Notes under the pieces: model-generated | What the model was told of the DNA's origin: nothing | Seen by the model: only the letters and a program-made list of their open reading frames with translations | The model's database searches: none | Program-made: the position numbers and the translations under genes | Shown: in pieces, positions 36,200-45,800 of the stretch | Numbering within the stretch: position 1 is the first letter of the stretch | How the letters are laid out: every line of letters begins with the position of its first letter | Source: an uncultured Anaerolineaceae bacterium | Lineage (GTDB): Bacteria; Chloroflexota; Anaerolineae; Anaerolineales; UBA11579 | Direction: 5' to 3' | DNA length: 64,000 bases | NCBI GenBank assembly: GCA_964572455.1 | Contig: CAZNFL010000004.1 | Location: 3,970 to 67,969, forward strand

Positions 36200-36242
36200 C
36201 AGCCTGATTTATTCCTCAAGCGCAAAACCCGCTCGACTATAA

Positions 36243-37952
36243 TTGATGGTAGCCATGGCGCAACCATCCCTATTAAGTCGCGAATACTTCTTCTATTCTC
36301 TAATTATCCTGCTCGCCCTAGCCTTGCGATTCGCCAGCCTGGGTGGGCCTCCACTAAACGAATTCGAAGCCTCAGCCGCCTTGCCCGCCTCTGATTTGGC
36401 ATCCGGCGGCCAGCCCGCCCTCGGTGAGCAACCCGCCTACGTACTGCTGACCAGCTTGCTCTTTGGTCTCTTTGGCAGCAGCGAATTCCTGGCTCGCTTT
36501 TGGCCGGCCTTGTTTGGGCTGGCGCTGGTGGCGCTTCCATATTTCTGGCGTGATCTGCTGGGCAAAAAAGTTGCTCTGCTGTTGGTTTTCTTTCTGGCGA
36601 TCGACCCGGGCTTGGTGGCCGTCTCGCGCCTGGCTGCGGGTTACATGCTGGCGCTGTCTGCCGCCCTGATGGCCCTGACGGCCTGGCGCTATCGCCGCCC
36701 GGTCTTAGCCGGCTCGCTTGCCGGTTTGGCCTTGCTGTCTGCCCCAACGGCCTATTTCGGGCTGGGCGCGGCTGCTCTAGTCTGGGTCAGGCTAAGGAAA
36801 GCTATCCGTGTAGATAGGGCGGCGTTGCGCTCCGCGGCCCTGGCTGCATTGGTAGTTTTGCTATTGGGGGGCACCTTGCTGTTCAATGTGCCCCAGGGAT
36901 TAGCTGGCGCTGGCCAGGCCCTCGCCTCCTTTTTTTTCGGCGCCCCAAACTTCCCGGGGTCAAGTCTAAGCTTGACCTTATTTGCCCTGCTAGGCTATTC
37001 CCTGCCCGCGCTGATCTTTGGCGGCCTCGGCGCCTGGCGCAGCTGGAGGCTGGGCGAACCTTTGGGCAAAGCGCTCTCCCTGTTTGCCGCCTATGCTTTC
37101 TTGCTTGTTTTGATCAATCCAAACCGCCAGGTGGCCGATCTTTTGTGGGTCCTGCTGCCCCTTTGGGTTTTGGCAGCCCAGGTGGTCAGCATCTATTTGC
37201 GTACGCCTGAAGACGAACCGGTGGCTGCCGTTGGCCAGGCTGCCTTGATGCTTTTGCTGGCCGCCTTTTTGGTGCCCACCCTGGCGCGCATCGCCGATAC
37301 GGGATTTTTGCTGGTCCCAGCTCCGGACACCCCGCTGCCGGTCATTTCGTCTCACGGAGTGATCGCCCTCTTTGTCTTGGGCATCGCCGGCCTGGCCACC
37401 GCGCTGATCGCCCTAGGCTGGTCGCGCCGGGCCGCCGCCCAGGGGTTGGTGTGGGCTTTGGCGCTAGTCTTTGTGTTGTTCCTATTGTCTGCTAGCAGCC
37501 GGTTTTCTCGCTTGGAGACCGCGGCCGCCAACGAGTTGTGGTCGCCCGGCCTTGCCGCCGGGCAACTGGGCATTCTGCGCGAAACTCTGGCCGACCTGTC
37601 CTTCTGGGATCAAAGGCAGCCTGCGGCCATCTCCATTGAGTTGCGCAGCGAAAGCGCTGCCTTGCGCTGGGCTTTGCGCGATTTTCAGGTGGCCTCCAGT
37701 TCTGCACCTCCGGCCGTTGCGATCACGACCGGCGTGGGCGAGACCCCCGCCGAATTTGTGACCTATCGGGGCCAGAGTTTCGCCCTCAGCGTCCAACGCA
37801 CCTGGGAGAGCTGGCCCCCCAACTTCTTTGCTTGGCTGTTGTTTCGCCAGGCGCCCACGCAAAGCCAGCAACTCATTCTGTGGGCGAATGCCGATTTGTT
37901 TGCGGATGCCGCCTCTTTTGATCAAAGTTCTCCCGAGGGCGAGACACCCTAG
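36243..37952 (+). CDS. polytopic GT-C-like membrane protein
   Basis: About 565 aa (TTG 36243, ATG 36246 or ATG 36255). LRFASLGGPPLNEFEASA first-loop motif. More than 10 hydrophobic helices. C-terminal soluble domain. Confidence 0.55.
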   Translation: MMVAMAQPSLLSREYFFYSLIILLALALRFASLGGPPLNEFEASAALPASDLASGGQPALGEQPAYVLLTSLLFGLFGSSEFLARFWPALFGLALVALPYFWRDLLGKKVALLLVFFLAIDPGLVAVSRLAAGYMLALSAALMALTAWRYRRPVLAGSLAGLALLSAPTAYFGLGAAALVWVRLRKAIRVDRAALRSAALAALVVLLLGGTLLFNVPQGLAGAGQALASFFFGAPNFPGSSLSLTLFALLGYSLPALIFGGLGAWRSWRLGEPLGKALSLFAAYAFLLVLINPNRQVADLLWVLLPLWVLAAQVVSIYLRTPEDEPVAAVGQAALMLLLAAFLVPTLARIADTGFLLVPAPDTPLPVISSHGVIALFVLGIAGLATALIALGWSRRAAAQGLVWALALVFVLFLLSASSRFSRLETAAANELWSPGLAAGQLGILRETLADLSFWDQRQPAAISIELRSESAALRWALRDFQVASSSAPPAVAITTGVGETPAEFVTYRGQSFALSVQRTWESWPPNFFAWLLFRQAPTQSQQLILWANADLFADAASFDQSSPEGETP

Positions 37953-37960
37953 ATTCCGCG

Positions 37961-39337
37961 ATGGCCAAACCACGTACGATCGCCATCGACGGCCCGGCGG
38001 CCTCCGGAAAGTCCACTCTGGCTCAGGCGCTGGCGCAGCGCCTGGGATTTTTATATTTTGATACGGGCGCCATGTATCGCGCCGTCACCCTGGCCGCGTT
38101 GCGCCGCGGCTTGGACTTGATGGACGAAGCCGCGCTGGCGAAAGTGGCCCACGAGGTGGAGATCGACCTGCGTCCCGCCAGCCAGGCGGACGGCCGCCTC
38201 AGCGATGTCTTCCTTGACGGGGAGGACGTCACCTGGGCCATCCGCTCGAAGGAAGTGGATGCGGCGGTGTCCGCGGTATCCGCGTTCCCTTCGGTGCGCC
38301 GCGCCCTCACCGAACTGCAGCAGCGCATCGGGCAGCGCGGCGCGGTGGTGATGGCCGGCCGCGACATCGGCACGGTGGTGTTGCCGGAGGCGGATCTCAA
38401 GATCTTTTTGGATGCTTCACTGGAAGAGCGCGCCAAGCGCCGCCATGCCGAATTGACGGAACGCGGCGAAGCGCTGCTCTATGACCAGATCTTGCAGTCG
38501 TTGCGTGAACGCGACCAGATCGATTCCAATCGCGAAGTGGCTCCATTGCGCCCGGCGGACGACGCCGTCTTATTGAAAACTGACGGCGTGGGAAGAGAAC
38601 AGGTCTTGGATCAAGTGCTTGGCTTGGTGCGCATGGTAGAGCAGGGAGGTTCCCAATCAGCCACCCGGCCACCTTATAAGGTTCCTTTTAAAAACCAGCT
38701 CTTCCGCGCCCTGCTTGCTTCCCCGGTGCGTTTCCTGGTTCGCCTCCTGTTCCGCTTACGCATTGTGGGTTTTGAGAACGTTCCGAAAAACGGCGCTTAT
38801 ATCATCGCCTATAACCATGTTTCACTGTTTGAACCGCCTTTGCTGCTCGCCTTTTGGCCGGTCTTCCCCGAACCAGTGGCTGGCGCGGATACTTTTGAGC
38901 GCGATGCGCTTAAATTTTTTGTGCGCGGCTACGGGGCACTAGCTGTACGCCGCGGAGAATATGATCGTAAGATCATCGACGATTGCCTCTGGGTGCTGGA
39001 TTCCCAAAAACCTTTGATGATCGCCCCTGAAGGCGGACGCAGCCACAAGCCTGGCCTGCGCCAGGCGAAGGCCGGCGTGGCTTATCTCATGGATCGCGCT
39101 CGCGTGCCCGTGTTGCCGGTGGGCGTCAACGGCACCAGCGACCATATGCTCAAGCCTGCCTTGCGCGGCAAGCGCCCCCCCATAGAAATTCGTATCGGCA
39201 AGCCCTTCGTTCTGCCGCCCATCGAAGGCCGCGGCGAGGACCGCCGCGCCGCCCGCCAGACAAATGCCGACCTGGTCATGCGCCATATTGCCGCCGTCCT
39301 GCCCCCGGAATATTGGGGCGAATACCAGCCCATCTAG
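37961..39337 (+). CDS. cmk: bifunctional cytidylate kinase / 1-acyl-sn-glycerol-3-phosphate acyltransferase fusion
   Basis: 458 aa. N-half IAIDGPAASGKST...DTGAMYR. C-half AYNHVSLFEP (HX4E) and APEGGRS (PlsC blocks). Confidence 0.85.
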   Translation: MAKPRTIAIDGPAASGKSTLAQALAQRLGFLYFDTGAMYRAVTLAALRRGLDLMDEAALAKVAHEVEIDLRPASQADGRLSDVFLDGEDVTWAIRSKEVDAAVSAVSAFPSVRRALTELQQRIGQRGAVVMAGRDIGTVVLPEADLKIFLDASLEERAKRRHAELTERGEALLYDQILQSLRERDQIDSNREVAPLRPADDAVLLKTDGVGREQVLDQVLGLVRMVEQGGSQSATRPPYKVPFKNQLFRALLASPVRFLVRLLFRLRIVGFENVPKNGAYIIAYNHVSLFEPPLLLAFWPVFPEPVAGADTFERDALKFFVRGYGALAVRRGEYDRKIIDDCLWVLDSQKPLMIAPEGGRSHKPGLRQAKAGVAYLMDRARVPVLPVGVNGTSDHMLKPALRGKRPPIEIRIGKPFVLPPIEGRGEDRRAARQTNADLVMRHIAAVLPPEYWGEYQPI

Positions 39338-39340
39338 CCC

Positions 39341-42300
39341 ATGACCTTCACCTCCCTAGAGGCTTTCCCGATCCAGCCCATCCTGCCGCCCATCGGGCCG
39401 CTGGGTTGGTTGGCGTGGCTATTGATGGCTGGTTTGGTTTTCTGGTTGCTTTGGCGGATACGTGGCCAAAATGTAATTTTCACTCGTAGCCATTGGACCT
39501 GGCTGCTCGGCCTGGCTTTGCTCACCCCGCTTACGATCTTGCTGTTCACCTTGCGCCTGCCTTCCGAGGCCGGATTGCCCATCCCGGCAATCGGCCCACC
39601 GGCGTTAGGGCCACTGCTGCCCATCTTGGCTGCCATTCCTTGGGTAATAGCCCTCGTCTTGTTGGGCCCTGCGCCGGGCGCCTTGCTGGCCGGGTTGTCC
39701 GGCTTTTTGCTGGCCTTATGGGATACGCGCAGCCCTTTCACCCCCTTGGAGTTTGCCCTACTGGCTGCCTTGCTATCCATAGCCTTGGCCCAGCCGTACC
39801 GTACCCGGCTTTTCGCTTGGCTGCGCCATCCACTAGTCGCCGCGCTGTTGGTTTCCGCCGTCTATCCCCTGGTTTACTTAACCACCTCCTTTTTCTGGGC
39901 TGCCGCCGATCCCCTCGCCAGCCTTGATTTTGCGCTGTCGCGCTTGCCCTGGGTGGTGCTTTCGGTCGGTGTGCCTCTATTGGTCGCGGCGGGCTTCTTG
40001 CAAGTCCTGCGCGCCCGAGTTCCCCAGTTCTCCACCGCTCCTCAAACAAGCCAGCCTGCCCCCAGCGAACGCAGCCTGGAGGCGCGGCTGCTCTTCACTC
40101 TGGCGCCAATCGTGCTGCTGGCGTTTCTCGCCCTCGGAGCGCTGGCCTGGTGGTCTGCCAGCCGGACGGCCGAGCAACTTCTTGGCGATCGTGCCCGCGC
40201 CAGCGCCGAGCTGGCCGCCGACTCCGTTCCTTTCCTATTGGAGACTGGCCAAAATCTGATCCTGCAATTGGCCAGCGACACCAGTCTGGCGGATGCCTCT
40301 AAACAGGCCGCCTTGGAGTTACTCCAAAATCAAATGGGCGCCGTTCCTTATTTCGAGCAGATGTTCCTGCTGGATACTGGGGGCAACACTCTGGTTGGTT
40401 TTCCAGTGGCTGACTTTGCCGGCTTGCAACCCAGTCAAGCCGAACTTGAGGCAGTAAATCTTTCCATTCAAGGCATGGCATTTCAGGCACTCAGTGTTCC
40501 GCCTTTGGACGCGGACACCGCCACTGCCCAATTGTCTTTCGTGGCTGCGGTACGCAACGACAACGGCCAGGTGCGCGCTGTGTTGCTTGGTCGCACCAAC
40601 CTGGGCTCAAATCCTCTGGCACAGCCTGTGCTGCAAGGCTTGAACAGCGTGACTCTGCTCGGCGGTGAAGGCTTACTCATCGACGGCGAGGGCCGCATCG
40701 TGATCGCGCCCGATCCGGCTGCCATCCTGCAGCTATATAACGGCCAGGCGGGCAGCGAGCCGCTCTCCTACGAGGACTCCGGAGCGGATGGTTCTCGCCG
40801 TTTTGTAAATTACGTCCCTGTCACCGGCAGCTCCTGGGCGGTCGTCACTCAGTGGCCGGGCCGCCTCAGCCAGGCGCTGGCGCTGGAATTGGCTTTGCCT
40901 ATTTTGCTGGTCCTCGTCCTTTTGGCTGCCCTAGCTTATCTGCTTTTGCGTGTCAGCCTGCGCGCCATCACTTCCCCGTTGCAAGAATTAATTGGCGAAA
41001 CTCGCCGCATCGCCGCCGGTGATCTCAAGGCGCCGTTGTCCGTGAAGGGCGCCGACGAAGTGGGCCGCCTGGCGACTGCCTTCGAGGGCATGCGCCAGGC
41101 CTTGCAGGCCCGCGTGGGCGAAACCCAGCGCCTCTTGTCTGTCAGCCAGGGGCTCACCTCCAGCTTGGATGTCAGCGCGCATATCGAACCCATTCTCGAA
41201 GCTGCCCTGGCGGGCGGCGCGGTATCCGCCCGGCTCGTGTTCAGCGCCGACGCCGATGGAAAGGACTTGGTGGGCTTTGGGCGCGGGGAAGAATCTGCCA
41301 ACTATCAGGGCCTGGATGAGCAGGTCCTCTTGCTTTCACGCAAGCAGCCGCGCGTGCTACTGAGCAACCCGGCCCGCGCTCAGTTGAAAGCCGCAAAGGG
41401 CTCCGCGCTCCCGGCGAGCCTGGCTGCCTTTGCTCTGCAAGCACCCGATGGCGATCGCCTGGGCGTATTGTGGTTGGCGTTCGCTAAGCCTCAGACCTTC
41501 AGCCCCGAATCGGTGCGTTACCTGGAAACCTTGGCGCACCAGGCGGCCAAAGCTGCAGTGAATGCGCGCTTGTATAGCAGCGCCAGCCTGGGCCGCCAGC
41601 GGTTGGAGGCTGTCCTGCAGGCCAACCCGGAGCCGCTGCTGGTAATCGATGAAAATCAACGCGTGGTTTTTGCCAACCAGGCCGCGGCCAGCGCCTTAAA
41701 CTCTAAAGGGAAAGTTGTGACTGGGATTCCGATTAACGAAATCCTCCCATCTCCTCAGCTTGCCACTTGGCTGCGCTCAGCCGATCAGCAAACACCCGGC
41801 ATCGAGATCGAGATTGGGGGGTCCCCATATAAGATAGAGGCCGTCGTTTTACAAGAAGGTGCGCACCCACTGGGTAAGCTTATTCATCTGCAGGACCTTG
41901 GCACATCCAAACAACTGGAGTCAGCCCGCGCAGATTTCCTTTCTACGCTCAGCCACGATTTGCACGATCCCTTGGAGCTGACCAAGGGCTACTTAAATAT
42001 GCTGGGCATGGTGGGGGATCTAAACGAACAGCAGGCTGCCTATGTAGAGAAAATAGAGCACAGTGTAGAGCATATCTCTCGCCTGGCGTCCAACCTGCTG
42101 GATAGCGAGCGTGTCTCCGGACTCAAAGGGTTGCAGATCCAGGCAGTTTCTTTAGCCGAGCTGGTTCAGGAAGCTAGCGAGGAGCTGGCCCCTCGTGCCC
42201 GCCAAAAGAAAGTTGATTTTGCTGTGCAGAAACCTCAGGGCCAGGTCCAGCCCTTGCAAGCCGACCGCACCCTGCTGCAGCGCGCCCTCTATAATTTGCT

Positions 42301-42595
42301 GGATAATGCGATCAAGTTCAGCCCGCGCGATGGGGTGGTGCAGATCAAGACGAGTTACACAAAGGGTAAGGTCACCCTCTCTCTGATTGACCATGGGGTC
42401 GGGATTGCCCCTCTGGACCTGTCGCGCCTCTTGGATGCCAAGCGCAGCCAGGCCCGCAAATCGTCGGGGTTGCTCATCGTCAAATCCATCGTGGAGCGCC
42501 ACGGGGGCCGCCTCTGGGCCGAGAGCGAGCTTGGCACGGGCAGCACCTTCCATATGGAACTGCCGTTGACCTCAACCGATATGGTTGCCAACTAA
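39341..42595 (+). CDS. multidomain sensor histidine kinase (multi-TM N-domain, extracytoplasmic sensor, HAMP, GAF, PAS, HisKA, HATPase)
   Basis: 1084 aa. HAMP AAGDLKAPL...VGRLATAFEGM. H-box LSTLSHDLHDPL. N-box YNLLDNAIKFSP. G-boxes DHGVGI and GTGSTF. No response regulator in the window. Confidence 0.85.
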   Translation: MTFTSLEAFPIQPILPPIGPLGWLAWLLMAGLVFWLLWRIRGQNVIFTRSHWTWLLGLALLTPLTILLFTLRLPSEAGLPIPAIGPPALGPLLPILAAIPWVIALVLLGPAPGALLAGLSGFLLALWDTRSPFTPLEFALLAALLSIALAQPYRTRLFAWLRHPLVAALLVSAVYPLVYLTTSFFWAAADPLASLDFALSRLPWVVLSVGVPLLVAAGFLQVLRARVPQFSTAPQTSQPAPSERSLEARLLFTLAPIVLLAFLALGALAWWSASRTAEQLLGDRARASAELAADSVPFLLETGQNLILQLASDTSLADASKQAALELLQNQMGAVPYFEQMFLLDTGGNTLVGFPVADFAGLQPSQAELEAVNLSIQGMAFQALSVPPLDADTATAQLSFVAAVRNDNGQVRAVLLGRTNLGSNPLAQPVLQGLNSVTLLGGEGLLIDGEGRIVIAPDPAAILQLYNGQAGSEPLSYEDSGADGSRRFVNYVPVTGSSWAVVTQWPGRLSQALALELALPILLVLVLLAALAYLLLRVSLRAITSPLQELIGETRRIAAGDLKAPLSVKGADEVGRLATAFEGMRQALQARVGETQRLLSVSQGLTSSLDVSAHIEPILEAALAGGAVSARLVFSADADGKDLVGFGRGEESANYQGLDEQVLLLSRKQPRVLLSNPARAQLKAAKGSALPASLAAFALQAPDGDRLGVLWLAFAKPQTFSPESVRYLETLAHQAAKAAVNARLYSSASLGRQRLEAVLQANPEPLLVIDENQRVVFANQAAASALNSKGKVVTGIPINEILPSPQLATWLRSADQQTPGIEIEIGGSPYKIEAVVLQEGAHPLGKLIHLQDLGTSKQLESARADFLSTLSHDLHDPLELTKGYLNMLGMVGDLNEQQAAYVEKIEHSVEHISRLASNLLDSERVSGLKGLQIQAVSLAELVQEASEELAPRARQKKVDFAVQKPQGQVQPLQADRTLLQRALYNLLDNAIKFSPRDGVVQIKTSYTKGKVTLSLIDHGVGIAPLDLSRLLDAKRSQARKSSGLLIVKSIVERHGGRLWAESELGTGSTFHMELPLTSTDMVAN

Positions 42596-42623
42596 GCTAT
42601 TGGTGAGATGCCTTTGGTTTGCC

Positions 42624-42651
42624 TTGACACCCCTGACAGCCCGGATATAAT
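42624..42651 (+). promoter_or_regulatory. near-consensus sigma-70-type promoter upstream of rpoC
   Basis: TTGACA (42624-42629), 16-nt spacer, TATAAT (42646-42651). Predicts a leader of about 225 nt before ATG 42886. Confidence 0.55.
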
Positions 42652-42885
42652 CTCCTAGCCAATCGAATAGGCTTGCCACAGGCAAGTGCTGGAGAAAAAT
42701 TTCTCAAGCGCTTGTTTTCGTTTGTCCGCAACTTAGCACGTTTGTTCGAAAATCATGGTTTGTGGTTGGTGTGAATGCCGGATCGCGGAAGCCAAAGGTT
42801 TTTATTGTGGGCGCAGCGCCATTCACCTCATCAACTACTTCGCATTGTTCTTTTTTGCAATATTCCTCTGGAGGCGCGTTAGAAC

Positions 42886-45800
42886 ATGGAAACAAAGGGA
42901 TTGCTTTCACTTCGGATTAGCCTGGCTTCCCCAGAGACCATCCGCTCTTGGTCCTATGGCGAGGTATTGAAGCCCGAAACAATTAACTACCGCCGCCTGC
43001 GCCCAGAGAAGGACGGCCTGTTCGACGAAGCCATTTTCGGGCCCACCCGCGACTGGCAATGCTATTGCGGCAAATACAAGAACATTCGCTATAAGGGCAT
43101 CGTCTGCGATAAATGCGGCGTCGAAGTGACCCGCTCCTCCGTGCGCCGCGAGCGCATGGGCCACATTTCGCTGGCCGCCCCGGTGGCGCATGTCTGGTAC
43201 ACCCGCCGCGTCCCCTCTTATCTCGGCCTCCTGCTCGATATTTCCCGCCGCAATCTGGACCGCGTGCTCTACTTTGCCCAATATGTCGTCACTTACGTGG
43301 ACCAGGATGCCCGCCAGAAGGCCTTGGCTCGTCTTGACGAAGAGATCAGCGCGGTCGAAAAGCAGCATGCCACGACCATCAACACGCAGATCGCCGATAT
43401 CAAGAAAGAGCGCGACGAGAAGCTCGCTGATCTCGACAAACGCACCAAGGAGATCGAAACGCGCTACGACGAAGAACTGGCCGCCAAGATCGACCCGATC
43501 ATCAAAGAAGGCCAGCGCTTGGAAGCCAAACTGCAAGACCAGCTGGGCAAAGAGTCCCGCGCCGGGATCAACTTTGCGGCCACCAAGGCGGTCATTGTCA
43601 AAGCCGGCGATACGGTAGCCAACAAGCACATTTCGTCCGTGCAAAAAGAAGTGCGCAATTTCCTGAACGAAAAAGAAAAAGAAGCCGTCCAGCGCAAACA
43701 AAAAGATCTGGAGCGCATGGCGGTCGAACGCGCCAGCACCAAGGCGGAAGCAGATCTCGCCATGAATAAATTGCGCCTCTCGCTGGAGGAAAAAGACGGT
43801 CCGGCCCAGGATGAGCAATTGCAGGCCCGCGAAGAACTGGAAAACCTGCGCCCGCTCACCTTCATGGGCGAGAATCGCTATCGCGAATTACGCGCCCGCT
43901 ACGGGCAGGTCTTCCGCGCTGATATGGGCGCCGAGGCCTTCTACGATATTCTCGAACGCATTGACCTCGACAAACTAGCCGAGGAGTTGTGGCACGAACT
44001 GCGCACCTCGCGCAGCAAGCAGCGCCGCCGCAAAGCCACCAGTCGCTTACGCGTGGTCGAATCTTTCCGCCGCTCGAGCAATCGCCCCGAGTGGATGATC
44101 CTCACCGTCCTGCCCGTTATCCCGCCTGACCTGCGCCCGATGGTGCAGTTGGACGGCGGCCGCTTCGCCACTTCGGATCTCAATGATTTGTACCGCCGGG
44201 TAATCAACCGCAACAACCGCCTCAAGCGCCTGCTCGAATTGGGCGCCCCGGATGTCATCGTGCGCAACGAAAAGCGCATGTTGCAGGAAGCGGTGGATTC
44301 CCTGATCGACAATTCCCAGCGCGGCAAGGCGCTTTCGCGCCGCGGCCGCCGCGAGCTCAAGTCGCTCAGCGACTTGCTCAAAGGCAAGAAAGGCCGCTTC
44401 CGCCGCAACTTGCTGGGCAAGCGCGTAGACTACTCCGGCCGTTCGGTGATCGTGGTTGGGCCGCAGCTCAAGCTCTTCCAATGCGGCCTGCCCAAGAGCA
44501 TGGCCCTGGAGCTCTACAAGCCCTTCGTCATCTCCCAGTTGGTGGCGAAGAATTACGCCGCCAACGTCAAGGGCGCCAAGCGCATCATTGACCGTAACCG
44601 TCCCGAGGTCTACGAAGTCCTCGAAGAAGTTATCAAAGACCGCCCGGTGCTCTTGAACCGTGCGCCTACTTTGCATCGTCTGGGTATTCAGGCTTTCGAG
44701 CCGGTGCTCATCGAGGGCAGCGCTATCCAATTGCATCCCCTGGTGACCACCGCCTTCAATGCTGACTTCGATGGTGACCAGATGGCCGTCCACGTGCCGC
44801 TTTCCCGCAAGGCCGTTTGGGAAGCGCGCGAACTGATGCTCTCCACCCGCAACCTGCTAAAGCCCGCCGACGGCGAGCCCATCATTGGGCCCTCCAAGGA
44901 TATGGTGCTGGGCGCGTATTACCTCACCATCGAGCCCCAGAAAGTGGACAGTAAAGACCACCCGCGTGCCTTCTCCGATATGGACGAAGTGGAAATGGCC
45001 TATCAGTTGGGCAGCGTCAAACTGCATACTCCCATTAGCCTGCGCACCGAGACCTGGTATGACGAAAAGAATGTGCGTCTGCCTCAGGCTCAAACGCGCA
45101 TGGTGGAAACCTCCGTGGGGCGCGTGTTGTTCAATCTCGTTCTGGAACCTGAGATCCGCTTTGTGAATCGCCGCATGGATAAAGGCACCATCAAGGACTT
45201 GATCGCCGAAATGCTCCAGGTGACCGGTGACGAGGAACGCACTACCAATGTCGCTGACCGCATCAAGGATATCGGCTTCAAGTTCGCCACGCGCTCCGGC
45301 ACCACTATCGCCATTTCAGATATCACCATTCCCGAAGAAAAGAAGGGCATCGTTGCCTCCGCCATGGAGCGTGAAGAAGCGGTGGAAGAAGATTTCCGCC
45401 GCGGCCTGCTAACCGACCAGGAGCAAAACGAACGCGTCATCGAGATCTGGCAGGAAACCACTACCAAGGTGGCCGACGCCGTCAGAAAGCATATGGATCC
45501 CCTGGGCAACCTGGCCACGATGGCCAACTCCGGGGCCACCAAGGGTGGCTTCAGTTCCATCTCGCAGTTGGCCGGCATGCGCGGCATGATGGCGGACCCC
45601 TCCGGGCGCATCATCCCGCTGCCCATCCGCTCCAACTTCCGCGAGGGCCTCACCACGCTGGAATACTTCATCTCCACCCACGGTTCTCGCAAGGGCTTGG
45701 CCGACACGGCGCTGCGTACGGCTGATGCCGGTTACCTCACTCGCCGCTTAGTGGATGTGGCTCAGGACGTGATCACCACCATCGAGGACTGCGGCACTGA

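Noticed and set aside
35401-36267. 288-aa minus-strand ORF spanning the 810-aa gene end and the next intergenic region
   Set aside because: Antisense to a well-supported YYY gene. Its N-terminus is simply a translation of RNA-motif copy 2 (WRIVTRLRRVDF).
42907-43818. 303-aa minus-strand ORF
   Set aside because: Antisense to the 5' part of rpoC, with no motifs. The same applies to 44047..44793 and 45090..45707.
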